Below are positions 19,298 through 36,804 of a stretch of 64,000 nucleotides of DNA, in pieces (position 1 is the stretch's first letter; each line of letters starts with the position of its first letter). The position numbers and the translations under genes are program-made. The DNA lies in the NCBI GenBank assembly GCA_041687695.1, contig JAWLBL010000004.1, positions 160,001 through 224,000 of the forward strand, in the 5' to 3' direction. The DNA is from Myxococcota bacterium (lineage in GTDB: Bacteria; Myxococcota_A; UBA9042; PHBI01; JAWLBL01). A model generated the notes under the pieces. It was not told the origin of the DNA. It saw only the letters and a program-made list of their open reading frames with translations, and did not search any database.

Positions 19298-19450
19298 TCG
19301 AGGGGCTCCGGGCCTGACGGGGAGGGGGCGGCCGCGGGCCGGCGACGCGGGTGAAGCGCATCGGCGGGAGGCGCGGCGAGGCTGACCGTGAGTGTGCGGC
19401 GGGCGGCGGCGCGTGTCGACGGTGAAGGCGCGAGCGGCGCCTGTCCCGGC

Positions 19451-20332
19451 TCAGATCATGGAGCGCAGGACGTCGGTGGCCAGATCGCGGCCGGTGGCGC
19501 GCTCGATGCCCTCGAGGCCGGGGCTGCCGTTGACCTCGAGCACGACCCAGCCGTCGTCGGTCGGCAGCAGATCGACGCCGCAGACCGGCAGGCCGATGGC
19601 GGCGGCGGCGCGGGCGGCGAGATCGGCGAGCTCGGGGGTGAGGGTGGCCGGGGCGGCGGCGGCGCCGCGGTGGACGTTGGCGCGGAACTCGCCGTCGGCG
19701 GCGAGGCGCCAGCAGGCGGCCAGGGGCTCGCCGCCGGCCATCAGGACGCGCAGATCGCGCGGGCGGTCCATCATGACGCGGCGCTGGACCAGCACGGTGT
19801 GGCCGAGGCCGACCAGGGCGCCCAGGGTGGACAGGGCGCCGGCGGTGTCGGTGGCGGTCATCACCAGGGTGCCCTGGGTGCCGCGGATGAGCTTGAGCAC
19901 GACCGGCGGGCCGCCGACGGCCTCGAGGGCGTAGGGGATGTGGGCTTGCTCGCGGACGGCGACGGTGGCCAGGGTCGGCAGGCCGGCGGCGGCCAGGCGC
20001 TGGGTGGCGGCGAGCTTGTCACCGGCGAGGCGGATGGCGGCGGCCGGCACGACGCAGCGGGCGCCGGCGTCGACCAGCGCGGTCAGCATGGCGAGCGACC
20101 ACTCGGTCAGGCGCGAGCCGACGCGCGGGACGACCACCTCGGGGACGGGGACCCGCTGGCCGTCGTCGGTCAGGGCGGGGCCGCCGGGGCCGGCGTGGAC
20201 CAGGACCCGGATGGGGTCGATGCGGCGCATGTCCAGGCCCAGCCCGCGGCCGGCCTCGAGCAGGCGCCGGGTGGAGTAGAAGCTCTCTGAGACCGACAGG
20301 ATGGCGGCGCACACGGGGCTGGACGTCGACAT
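19451..20332 (-). CDS. rimK: RimK-family ATP-grasp glutamate ligase
   Basis: YSTRRL, GTQG, DLRV, EFRANVHRG, LEVNGSPGLEGIE. Confidence 0.85.
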   Translation of the reverse strand: MSTSSPVCAAILSVSESFYSTRRLLEAGRGLGLDMRRIDPIRVLVHAGPGGPALTDDGQRVPVPEVVVPRVGSRLTEWSLAMLTALVDAGARCVVPAAAIRLAGDKLAATQRLAAAGLPTLATVAVREQAHIPYALEAVGGPPVVLKLIRGTQGTLVMTATDTAGALSTLGALVGLGHTVLVQRRVMMDRPRDLRVLMAGGEPLAACWRLAADGEFRANVHRGAAAAPATLTPELADLAARAAAAIGLPVCGVDLLPTDDGWVVLEVNGSPGLEGIERATGRDLATDVLRSMI

Positions 20333-20409
20333 GGCGCCGCCTTTTAGCCGAGCCCGCGCGCCGCCGCCAGGGGTTGACCGTGGGGAAGCGCGCGCGGGAA
20401 GCTGGGGGC

Positions 20410-20871
20410 ATGCAAGACGAGCCTGGACCCGGGGACGGCATCACCTTCTTCGTGCGGAGCCGTCCCGCGTCAGCCAACAACAGCCGCAAACCGCGCTACC
20501 GCAGCAAGGTGGTAGAGGCGGCGCGTTCCCTCATGACTGACCGAACGCTGTTGCCTGGGCCGCTGTATGCTCGCATCACCTGGATTCACTTCAGGCCCCG
20601 TGAGCAGGACGTCGACAACATCGCCAAGCCCCTGCTCGATGCCCTGAGAGAGGTCGTGTACGAGGACGATCGCTTGATTGAGCAGTGCCTGGTCACCAGT
20701 ATCGATGGCACCGACCTGTCGACCTCGGGCCTCGAGCCGACCGTCGCCGACGCGTTGACACGCTACCTGGAAGAACCCTCCGAACATCTGTTGATGGTCG
20801 AGGTCGGCCGACTCAGGTCGACTCCGCAGCCACGAACAGGTCCTCCCGACGCCCCTTGGAACCAGCCATGA
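20410..20871 (+). CDS. RusA-family Holliday junction resolvase-like protein
   Basis: DVDNIAKPLLDAL..VVYEDD signature. Confidence 0.8.
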   Translation: MQDEPGPGDGITFFVRSRPASANNSRKPRYRSKVVEAARSLMTDRTLLPGPLYARITWIHFRPREQDVDNIAKPLLDALREVVYEDDRLIEQCLVTSIDGTDLSTSGLEPTVADALTRYLEEPSEHLLMVEVGRLRSTPQPRTGPPDAPWNQP

Positions 20872-21464
20872 ACGCCATCGAGTACCTCGAGAGAGCGCGT
20901 GTCGACGAGCTGGCCGCTGAGCTGGCCGCGCAGGGGTTCTCGGTGCGCCGAGAAGCCGACCTCGACGGGATGCGGTACGACCTCCTGGCGGAGCGACCCG
21001 ATGGCAAGCGGGTCGTCATCGAGGTCATGACTCACGGGCGCAAGCACTCGCCGCCGCTGGCGCAACTCCGCGAGTGGGCGGCGCGTCATGGGATCGACGA
21101 CTTCCGCGTGAGCGTCGTCCAACCGCCGCGCCCGATCGAGGCTGATGTAGAAGGCTTGGAGCTCAAGCTCTGGAGCGTCCTCAACGACGATCCGCCGCCC
21201 GAATTCGATGACCTCCCGGGCGCTGCTCGGGTGACCGAAGTGCACAGCGTCGACGTGAATCGCCTCACCGTCCTGGCGGGGCGGGTCGAAGTCGAAGGTT
21301 CGGCGGTCGTCGAGGTCGAGATCGAACACGACGGGGGTGGAGCACGCGACGGGGTCACGTTCGGCGCGGACTTTCCGTTCGAGTTCGAGCTGACCCTGGG
21401 GCCCGACCTCGCCGTCGTGCGCGCAGTGGTTCGCGTCGACATCAGCTCCTGGTTCGTCGACTGA
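20868..21464 (+). CDS. PD-(D/E)xK-fold domain fused to a pPIWI-associated nuclease (pP_pnuc_2)-like domain
   Basis: QGFSV..YDLLA..VIEV N-terminal domain; C-terminal DG..FPF..VDISSWF pattern; ATGA overlap with the RusA stop. Confidence 0.55.
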   Translation: MNAIEYLERARVDELAAELAAQGFSVRREADLDGMRYDLLAERPDGKRVVIEVMTHGRKHSPPLAQLREWAARHGIDDFRVSVVQPPRPIEADVEGLELKLWSVLNDDPPPEFDDLPGAARVTEVHSVDVNRLTVLAGRVEVEGSAVVEVEIEHDGGGARDGVTFGADFPFEFELTLGPDLAVVRAVVRVDISSWFVD

Positions 21465-21465
21465 C

Positions 21466-23220
<1,755 letters not shown>

Positions 23221-23309
23221 GCGGTTAGCTATACCTCGAAACATCGGCCGTGCCGGAGAGAAGGGAACGCCCGGCGGCGTCGACGGGGAGCGGGGAGTCT
23301 GCGTTGCGT

Positions 23310-23350
23310 CGCATGACGCGATGCCCTATCTTGACCCGCCGCGTCATGCG
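23310..23350. promoter_or_regulatory. 11-bp perfect inverted repeat upstream of gltB
   Basis: CGCATGACGCG-N19-CGCGTCATGCG in the divergent intergenic region. Confidence 0.4.
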
Positions 23351-23378
23351 TCACGGTTGAATGGGGACAGGAGCGCGG

Positions 23379-27971
<4,593 letters not shown>

Positions 27972-27979
27972 GAGGCATC

Positions 27980-29434
<1,455 letters not shown>

Positions 29435-29500
29435 GTCGCGGGAAGCGGGCCGCGCCCCCATGCCGGGGACGTGGCCCTGTCTCGCGTGGCCGGCCGACGG

Positions 29501-29917
29501 CTACAGCGAGGTCTGCAGGTGGCGCTGCAGGCGCTCGTGGAAGTCGATCGCCTTGGCGCGCTCGAAGTCACCCTCGAAGTCGACCGTGATCACGGTGCGG
29601 CTGGCGCCGAGCGAGCGGATCTCGACCTCGAAGTCCTCGTCGGCGGCCGTGTCCGCCTCGATCTCCAGGTGGTCCGACTCCTGGTCCCAAGCGATGTTGG
29701 TCATCTGGAGCTCTTGCATGGTGAGCTCGATGGCGCGCCGCGCCTGGTCCACCGTGACCGGGTACTCGCGGCTGACGTCGTCGTCGTCCTGCACGACGTA
29801 GCCCGGCGGGGCCTGCGTCGTGGCGGCGACGGAGCGGTCGGAGGCGCAGCCCTGGGCCACGAAGGCCAGACCCACGAGGGCGAGGAGGCCGAGGCCGGCG
29901 GTGAGCAGCTTGTTCAT
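29501..29917 (-). CDS. DUF3568-like lipoprotein (paralogue 2)
   Basis: AQGC lipobox; high similarity to the adjacent gene. Confidence 0.75.
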   Translation of the reverse strand: MNKLLTAGLGLLALVGLAFVAQGCASDRSVAATTQAPPGYVVQDDDDVSREYPVTVDQARRAIELTMQELQMTNIAWDQESDHLEIEADTAADEDFEVEIRSLGASRTVITVDFEGDFERAKAIDFHERLQRHLQTSL

Positions 29918-29993
29918 GGGCGTTCTCCTGGGCGTGGGGCCCGAGGCGGCCCGGGCGGTGAGGGCGCGGGCCGGTGATGGGGAGGCCTGGCTC

Positions 29994-30410
29994 CTACAGC
30001 TCGCGCTGCAGGTGGCGCTGGAGGCGCTCATGGAAGTCCACGGCGCGCTCCTCGTCGGCGAAGCGCTCGATCTTGACGGTGATCTCGGTCTGGCCGGCCG
30101 AGACCTGCCGGATCTCCACCTCGACCGGCTCGTTCTCGGCGGTCCGCGCCTCGATCTCGAGGTGTCCGGGATCCTGGTCGTAGACCACGTTGAACATGCC
30201 GAGCTCCTGCATGGTGAGCTCGATGGCCCGCTGCGCCTGGGCGGGCGTCGCGGTGTAGGTGCGGCTGACGTTGCCGTCCTGGTAGCTGTAGGCGGCGGCG
30301 CCGGCGGCAGCGCCCGCGCCGAGGGCGGCGGCGGCGCAGCCCTGCGCGACGAGGCCCAGCCCGGCGAGGAGCGACAGGCCGAGCATGGCTCGATGGATGG
30401 ATGCCTTCAT
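29994..30410 (-). CDS. DUF3568-like lipoprotein (paralogue 1)
   Basis: QGCAAAALGAGAAAGAAAYSY typical N-terminus. Confidence 0.8.
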   Translation of the reverse strand: MKASIHRAMLGLSLLAGLGLVAQGCAAAALGAGAAAGAAAYSYQDGNVSRTYTATPAQAQRAIELTMQELGMFNVVYDQDPGHLEIEARTAENEPVEVEIRQVSAGQTEITVKIERFADEERAVDFHERLQRHLQREL

Positions 30411-30628
30411 CAAGGGCTCCTGAGGGGACTCCGCTCGACACGTCCGCCGGGTCGCGGAGGGGCCGCGGCGGGTTGGATCGCCGCAGGCCCGGGGCGGCGC
30501 GGCGACGACGGCGATCGGAGGCGTGGGTGTCGTGAGGTGGCGCCCGGAGGGTCGAGGCGACGGCCGGGCGGACCGGACGCCCGACGGCGCCCGGTCGTAA
30601 ATAGACGTAGGTCCGCGGACTTAGGACG

Positions 30629-32671
30629 TCAACCGGCCGCCTGGTGCGCCGCCGTCCCGTCCGCGAGCAGCAAGGCCCGGCCCGAAGTGACCTGATCCTT
30701 GCTGCCGAGCAGGAGCAGCTCGTCACCCGCGTAGAGCGCCTCGTCCGGGCTCGGGTTGATGACGTCGTCGCCCGAGGCGCGGCGGATGGCGACGATGGTG
30801 GCGCCGGTCGCGCTGCGCACGGCCAGCTCGCGGATGAGGCGGCCGGCCGCGGGGCCCTCGGGCGCGAGGGTCAGGCGCTCGAGCACGGCGCCGCGCAGCA
30901 TGGTCTCGAGGTGAGGCGCCACCTCGTCGGGCGGCTCTTCGGGCGAGGCGGCGAGGGTCTCGTCGAGCAGCTCGCCCGCGCGGTCGTAGGCCTCGAGCAG
31001 GCGGGCGCGGTTGCGCCAGGCGATGGCGGCGATGACGACGACGAAGAGGAGGAGGATCCAGCCGCCGGGCAGCAGGGGCACGCTGAGGGCCAGCGTCATG
31101 AGGGCGAGCAGCACGAGGCCGGTCGCGAAGACGGTGACGCGCACGACGACGGCGCCGTCGCCCGAGGGATCCTGGGGCGAGGCGAGCTGGGCGAGGAGGG
31201 TGGCCAGCTCGCGCAGGCGGCGGAGGATGGCGAGGTAGAGCGGCAGCGAGGCGGAGACGGCGCCGAGCCAGACGAGGCCGGAGGGGCCGCCCAGCCAGCT
31301 GGGCACGGGCAGGTAGGGGGCGACGAGGGGGGCGGCGAAGGCGGCGGCCAGGAAGATGGCGACGATGAAGGCGGCGTTGACGCCCGAGGCGAACAGGAGG
31401 TGCTGGATGCGGGCGCGGGCGGCGCCGGCCTCCATCTCGGCGCGCAGGCGGCGGACGCGGCGGCGGTAGACCTCGAGCCAGTCGAGGGCGACGCGGGGGG
31501 CGCGGCGTTCGATGAGGCTGGCGAGGGCGTCGGACGAGCGGACGAGGTAGGGGTTGGCGAGGGCGGAGAGGGCCGAGACGCCGACGGCGAGCGGGTAGAG
31601 GAAGTCGCTGGTGACGCCGAGGCTGACGCCGAGGCCGGCGATGATGAAGGAGAACTCGCCGATCTGGGCGAGGCTGATGCCGACCTTGAGCGAGGTGCGG
31701 AGATCCTGGCCGGACAGGAGGGTGCCGACCGTGCAGGTCAGGATCTTGCCCAGGATGACGGTCGCGGTGATGGCGAGGACGGGGACGGCGTGCTCCCACA
31801 GGAGGGCGGGGTCGATGAGCATGCCGATGGCGACGAAGAAGACGGCGCTGAAAAGATCGCGGACGGGGGCGGTGATCTCCTCGACGCGGTGGCGGTGGCG
31901 CGACTCGCGCATGACGGCGCCGATGATGAAGGCGCCGAGGGCGACGGAGTAGTCGAGGCGGGCGGCGAGCAGGGCGACGCCGAAGCACAGGCCCAGGATG
32001 ACGGTGAGCTGGACCTCGCGGGTGCCCCGGAGGACGACGTGCTCGATGACGCGCGGGACGATGAGGAGGCCGGCGACGACGGCGACGAGCAGGAACAGGC
32101 CGAGGCGGCCGAGGGTCTCGATGACGGCGACCGGCTCGAGGCCGCCCGTCATGGCGACGCCGCTGAGCAGGACCAGGATGACGATGGCGAGGATGTCCTC
32201 GACGACCAGGATGCCGAAGACGAGCTCGGCGAAGCGCTCGCGGGCGAGGCCGAACTCGGCGAGCGTCTTGATGATGACGGTGGACGACGAGATGGCGAGC
32301 ATGGCGCCCAGAAAGACGCTGTCCATGGAGGACCAGCCGAAGACCTGGCCGATGGTGTGGCCGAGCCAGATCATGCTGAGGATCTCGAAGGCGCCGGCGA
32401 GGGAGGCGGTCGGGCCGACGCGCTTGAGCTGCCCCAGGCTGAACTCGAGCCCGAGGCCGAACATCAGGAAGACCACGCCGAGATCGGCGAGGGTGCGGAT
32501 GCTCTCCTCGTCGTGGACCAGCGGGAAGGGCGGGGTGTGCGGGCCGATGATGATGCCGGCCAGCAGGTAGCCCAGGACGACCGGCTGGTGCAGGCGGTGG
32601 AAGATGCCGCTGACGACCCCCGCGACGAGCATGACGACCGCGAGGTCCTGCAGGAAGGCGACGCTGTGCAA
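30629..32671 (-). CDS. CPA2 cation:proton antiporter with a TrkA-C domain
   Basis: GLEFS, ISSS, VEDI, QIGEFSF; C-terminal TGATIVAIRR..NP; GGAGG before a TTG start. Confidence 0.92.
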   Translation of the reverse strand: MHSVAFLQDLAVVMLVAGVVSGIFHRLHQPVVLGYLLAGIIIGPHTPPFPLVHDEESIRTLADLGVVFLMFGLGLEFSLGQLKRVGPTASLAGAFEILSMIWLGHTIGQVFGWSSMDSVFLGAMLAISSSTVIIKTLAEFGLARERFAELVFGILVVEDILAIVILVLLSGVAMTGGLEPVAVIETLGRLGLFLLVAVVAGLLIVPRVIEHVVLRGTREVQLTVILGLCFGVALLAARLDYSVALGAFIIGAVMRESRHRHRVEEITAPVRDLFSAVFFVAIGMLIDPALLWEHAVPVLAITATVILGKILTCTVGTLLSGQDLRTSLKVGISLAQIGEFSFIIAGLGVSLGVTSDFLYPLAVGVSALSALANPYLVRSSDALASLIERRAPRVALDWLEVYRRRVRRLRAEMEAGAARARIQHLLFASGVNAAFIVAIFLAAAFAAPLVAPYLPVPSWLGGPSGLVWLGAVSASLPLYLAILRRLRELATLLAQLASPQDPSGDGAVVVRVTVFATGLVLLALMTLALSVPLLPGGWILLLFVVVIAAIAWRNRARLLEAYDRAGELLDETLAASPEEPPDEVAPHLETMLRGAVLERLTLAPEGPAAGRLIRELAVRSATGATIVAIRRASGDDVINPSPDEALYAGDELLLLGSKDQVTSGRALLLADGTAAHQAAG

Positions 32672-32805
32672 AGAACCCCTCCGACGGGCTGAACCGGGGG
32701 GACGTTCGCAGGCGACCCGGGGCAGGTCAACAACAGGCCGTGGCAGTCATCTCCGGTGCCCGGCATTTGTTGCCGGACGGCGGCCCCTCTGCCATCCTCC
32801 GCCGC

Positions 32806-33066
32806 ATGCTCATCGAGCAGCTCCTCGAGCGGGCGCTGGCCTCGCTCATCGGCGAGCGCCTGGAGGCGCACGGCGCAGCGTTCTTCGACACGCTGCGCAA
32901 GGCACGGCTCATGAGCGAGGCCGAGGTCGACGCCTTGGAGCGCGAGTGGCGCGAGCTGGTCGCCAAGCGCAAGGCCGAGGGGGCGGACGCCGCGGCCGCC
33001 TTGAAGGAGGTGGCGCAGCGCGTGCTGGGGCGCGTCGGCGGTGACGGGGGAGGGCAGGCGCGTTGA
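32806..33066 (+). CDS. Small helical protein (phasin-like position upstream of the ubiB-like gene)
   Basis: Amphipathic helical ORF overlapping the start of the ubiB-like gene. Confidence 0.6.
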   Translation: MLIEQLLERALASLIGERLEAHGAAFFDTLRKARLMSEAEVDALEREWRELVAKRKAEGADAAAALKEVAQRVLGRVGGDGGGQAR

Positions 33067-34739
33067 AGGTCTCCACCATCCTGCGCCTGCCGCGCACCGT
33101 CCGCAGCGCCGGCCGGCTCCGCGAGATCCTGATGGTGCTCATCAAGCACGGCTTCGGCGAGCTGGTCGACCAGCTCGGCCTGCAGGCCTGGCTGACGGCC
33201 GCCAGCCGCCTCCTCCCGCGGGCCGATCGGGGCGAGCGCGAGACCCAGACCCTCGAGACCCGCATCCGCCGCACCTTCGAGGACCTCGGCCCGACCTTCG
33301 TCAAGCTGGGCCAGGTCCTGGCCACCCGCCCCGACCTCATCCCGATGAGCCTGGTCCTCGAGCTGCGCAAGCTGCAGGACCGCGTCCCGCCGTTCCCGTT
33401 CGAGCAGGTCCAGGCCGTCGTCGCCGAGGAGCTCGGCCGCCCCATCGAGGCCGTCTTCGCCGAGTTCGACCCGCAGCCCATCGCCGCGGCCTCCATCGGG
33501 CAGGTCCACCGCGCCCGCCTCGAGACCGGCGAGGAGGTCGTCGTCAAGGTGCAGCGCCCCGAGCTGGGCCGCGTCATCGACCGCGACCTCGAGATCCTGC
33601 GCGCGCTCGCCGGCCTCATCCACGAGAAGATCCCCGAGGCGCGCCAGTTCAACCTGCCCGGCATCGCCCAGGAGTTCTCGGGCGCCCTGCGCCTCGAGGC
33701 CGACTACACCAACGAGCGCGCCAACCAGGAGCGCTTCATCCGCCTGTGGGCCGACGACGACCGCGTCAGCGCCCCCAGGCCGTACCCCGAGCTGTCCACC
33801 GCCCGCGTCCTGACCATGGAGTTCATCCGCGGGGTCAAGGTCACCGACCTCGAGGGGCTCGCCAGCGTCGGCGCCGACGTCCGCGACATCGCCCGCCTCG
33901 GCAGCCACATCGCCCTGCGCGGCATCTTCGACCACGGCTTCTTCCACGCCGACCCGCACCCGGGGAACTTCTTCGTCCTGCCGGGTGGCCGCATCACGCT
34001 CATCGACTTCGGCATGATGGGCGTCATCGACCGCGAGCGCCTGGACGAGCTGCTCAGCTTCCTCGTCGCGCTGCTGGTCAACGACCCCGACATGATGGTC
34101 CGGCTCTTCCTCGAGCTCGACCTCATCGACGAGTCCATCGATCTCCGCTCCCTCAAGCGCGAGATCAAGCAGCTCATCGACCGCTACTACAACGTCCCCG
34201 TCGGCGACATCGACCTCGGCCGGTTCATCAACCAGGTCTTCGAGGTCGTCGTGAAGCACGACGTGCGCATGCCCGCCGACCTCCTGCTGGTCGGCAAGGC
34301 GCTCACCACCATCGAGGGCATCGCCCAGGAGATCGACCCGACCTTCGACCCGGTCACAGAGATGCGCCCGTACCTCCTCAAGACGTACGTGCTGCGCGTC
34401 CTCGACCCCGCCCACCACGCCAAGGAGCTGTCCAAGGACGTCGTCGACCTGACGACCCTCGTCCGCAAGCTCCCCGGCGAGATCCGGACGCTCCTCAAGA
34501 AGGTCCGCAAGGGCGAGCTGCGCGTCGTCACCGCCACCGAGGACCTCACCGTGATCCTCGAGCGCCACGACCGCCGGGTCAACCGCACCCTGGTCACGGT
34601 CTTCTCCACGACCGCCATGCTCACCGGCACCGCCTTCGCCCTGGCCGGCCTCGAGGGCGCCGCCATCGCCGCCTATGGCCTGGGCACGCTCTGGTTCCTC
34701 TGGGCCTGGCTCGGCATCCTCCGCACGGGCGGCGTGTAG
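33063..34739 (+). CDS. UbiB/AarF/ABC1 family kinase
   Basis: LGPTFVKLGQ, AAASIGQVH, VKVQRP, HADPHPGN, DFGM. Confidence 0.93.
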   Translation: MKVSTILRLPRTVRSAGRLREILMVLIKHGFGELVDQLGLQAWLTAASRLLPRADRGERETQTLETRIRRTFEDLGPTFVKLGQVLATRPDLIPMSLVLELRKLQDRVPPFPFEQVQAVVAEELGRPIEAVFAEFDPQPIAAASIGQVHRARLETGEEVVVKVQRPELGRVIDRDLEILRALAGLIHEKIPEARQFNLPGIAQEFSGALRLEADYTNERANQERFIRLWADDDRVSAPRPYPELSTARVLTMEFIRGVKVTDLEGLASVGADVRDIARLGSHIALRGIFDHGFFHADPHPGNFFVLPGGRITLIDFGMMGVIDRERLDELLSFLVALLVNDPDMMVRLFLELDLIDESIDLRSLKREIKQLIDRYYNVPVGDIDLGRFINQVFEVVVKHDVRMPADLLLVGKALTTIEGIAQEIDPTFDPVTEMRPYLLKTYVLRVLDPAHHAKELSKDVVDLTTLVRKLPGEIRTLLKKVRKGELRVVTATEDLTVILERHDRRVNRTLVTVFSTTAMLTGTAFALAGLEGAAIAAYGLGTLWFLWAWLGILRTGGV

Positions 34740-34742
34740 CGC

Positions 34743-36764
34743 GTGGCGCGCCTCGGGGCCCTGCTGGCGCTCGCGCTGACCCTGGCGTCGCCTGCGGCGC
34801 GCGCCTTCGACTACCTCGAGCACGCCTACTTCGCCGACCGCGCCTGCTACGAGGCCCAGCGCCGCCTCGCGCCCCTCGTGACCCCCGCGCGCCCCGACGT
34901 CGTCGCCCGCTACCTCGCCCTCGCGCTCGCCTGTCCCGAGCGCTGGGACCGCCCGTACTGCGCGGACGACCTCAAGCAGGCCGAGGCCGGCCTCAACCGC
35001 CTCGAGGCCCCGCCCGCCGCCAGCGGCGACCACGCCCTCACCCTGGGCGACTTCAGCGCCCTGGTCGACCACCTCGCCTGGTTCGGCCCGGTCGGCGGCT
35101 TCCCACGCGCCCGCCAGCCGGGCCTCACCGCCGAGGTCCTGGCCCTGCTCGGCGCCCCCACCACCTCCGGCGGCCTCATCGAGGACGTCGCCGAGGAGGC
35201 CTGCGACAGCGGCGTCGCCGTCCCCTGGGACCGCGTCGAGCACGACGTCCGCAGCGCCCTCGCGGCCTCGGACGCCAGCGGCGCGCCCGTCGCCGTCCCG
35301 CCCGCGCTGCTCGCCCCCAACCGCCGCGCCAGCCCCCACGCCGGCCCCGTCGACCCCGCCGCGCTCCTGTCCTTCAACAACCCCCACTACCTCGACCTCA
35401 AGCTCCACGGCGACGACCACTTCGGCGTCCGCGCCTTCGGCGCCTGGACCGGCTACCACACCGCCGCCCGCGTCATCGCCGCCAGCCGCTGCCAGGACGT
35501 CCTCGCCGTCGACGCCGACCTGCTCGAGGACCTCGCCGACGGCCTCCCCGCCTTCGCCCGCGTCGACTTCGACGACCTCGCGCCCGCCGAACGCGCCCGC
35601 CAGGGCTGCCTCCTCCTCGCCGAGCGCGTCCGCCGGCGCCTGCTCGACTGGCGGCGCCGCGCCGAGCCCGCCCTCACCGCGCCGGCCGCCCCCTTCCTCG
35701 ACGCCTTCGCCGACGGCCCCGCCACCACCGAGGAGGCGCTGCTGCTCGAGCACGTCGTGACGGCCCTGATGGCCGTGGTCTGGGAGGGCGGAGGGCTCCA
35801 CTTCCTCCAGGACGGCCTCTCCGGCGGTCACCTGCGCACCGACCCGACCTCGCGCGCCGGCCTGGGCGAGATCCGCTACGCCCACGACACCGACGGCCAG
35901 TTCGGCCTCTCGGCCGTCCTCACCACGGCCGCCGGCCACGCGCCGTTCGTCGCCTACGGGGACGGCTTCCTGCTCGGCCGCCCCACCGGCGCGCTCGACA
36001 CCTGCGTCTGGGATCGCTTGGGCGACGCGGGTCAGCCGGACGTCACGGCCTGCCTGGTCCAGCACCAACGCGGGCTGCTGGTCGCCCTGGGGGCCGCGAG
36101 CCTGGTCGACTGGGCCCTGGGCGGCGTGCTGCAGGCGCCTCGCGCCGCCGCCGACGGCTGCTCGACGCCGACCGACGCCCCGCACGCCTTCGTTTGCCGC
36201 TTCCTGCCCCTGCGCGCCGTCGCGGCCGCGGGCTACGAACCCCAGGGCCCGCCGCCCACCGAGCTGGCCGAGGGCACCCTGCCGACCCCGCCGCCTCCCT
36301 TCGCCTACCAGTCGCTGTTGACCGTCCTGGCGGCCGACTTCGGCGGCGACGGCGTGCAGGCTGGCGCGCGCCTGGTCTTCCTGAGCGAGCTCGACGATCT
36401 GGCCAACTGGATGTCCAGCTGGCACTTCGGCCTGCTCACGACCCAGGGCGTGCGCCGCAGCGAGCTGCTGGCCGAGTTCTCCTTCATGTTCCACTGGCGC
36501 TGGGCCGCGCGCTTTCTGGTCAACGCCGGCCCCGTCCTGCACGCCGGCTGGCGCGGCTTCGGCGACGACGTGTCGACCTTCGTCGGCCTCGGCCCCAGCG
36601 TCGGCCTCACCTTCCTGCCGGAAGGCTGGACCAAGATCCCGCTCGAGGCGACCTTCAGCCTGCGCCTGCCCGTGACGCTGCTCGACAGCCGCTTCGGCGC
36701 GGCGGACGGCGTGCGCATCGAGGGCTGGTGGTTCGAGATCGGCGTCGGCCTGGCCTTCATGTGA
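34743..36764 (+). CDS. Secreted protein: zinc phospholipase C-like domain plus C-terminal beta-barrel-like region
   Basis: Signal peptide (ARA/FDYLEH); DHF, HFLQD....GHLR, HD.DG; alternating beta-strand C-terminus. Confidence 0.55.
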   Translation: MARLGALLALALTLASPAARAFDYLEHAYFADRACYEAQRRLAPLVTPARPDVVARYLALALACPERWDRPYCADDLKQAEAGLNRLEAPPAASGDHALTLGDFSALVDHLAWFGPVGGFPRARQPGLTAEVLALLGAPTTSGGLIEDVAEEACDSGVAVPWDRVEHDVRSALAASDASGAPVAVPPALLAPNRRASPHAGPVDPAALLSFNNPHYLDLKLHGDDHFGVRAFGAWTGYHTAARVIAASRCQDVLAVDADLLEDLADGLPAFARVDFDDLAPAERARQGCLLLAERVRRRLLDWRRRAEPALTAPAAPFLDAFADGPATTEEALLLEHVVTALMAVVWEGGGLHFLQDGLSGGHLRTDPTSRAGLGEIRYAHDTDGQFGLSAVLTTAAGHAPFVAYGDGFLLGRPTGALDTCVWDRLGDAGQPDVTACLVQHQRGLLVALGAASLVDWALGGVLQAPRAAADGCSTPTDAPHAFVCRFLPLRAVAAAGYEPQGPPPTELAEGTLPTPPPPFAYQSLLTVLAADFGGDGVQAGARLVFLSELDDLANWMSSWHFGLLTTQGVRRSELLAEFSFMFHWRWAARFLVNAGPVLHAGWRGFGDDVSTFVGLGPSVGLTFLPEGWTKIPLEATFSLRLPVTLLDSRFGAADGVRIEGWWFEIGVGLAFM

Positions 36765-36804
36765 CCGCGGCGCTGGCCGACGCGTGACCGTGGCGCTGGC
36801 CGAC
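36761..36804. repeat. Tandem 21-bp direct repeat (23-bp period) spanning the stop codon
   Basis: GTGACCG(C/T)GGCGCTGGCCGAC at 36761 and 36784. Confidence 0.8.

Noticed and set aside
20410..21464. Prophage remnant
   Set aside because: A RusA-like gene alone; no integrase, structural genes or att sites visible
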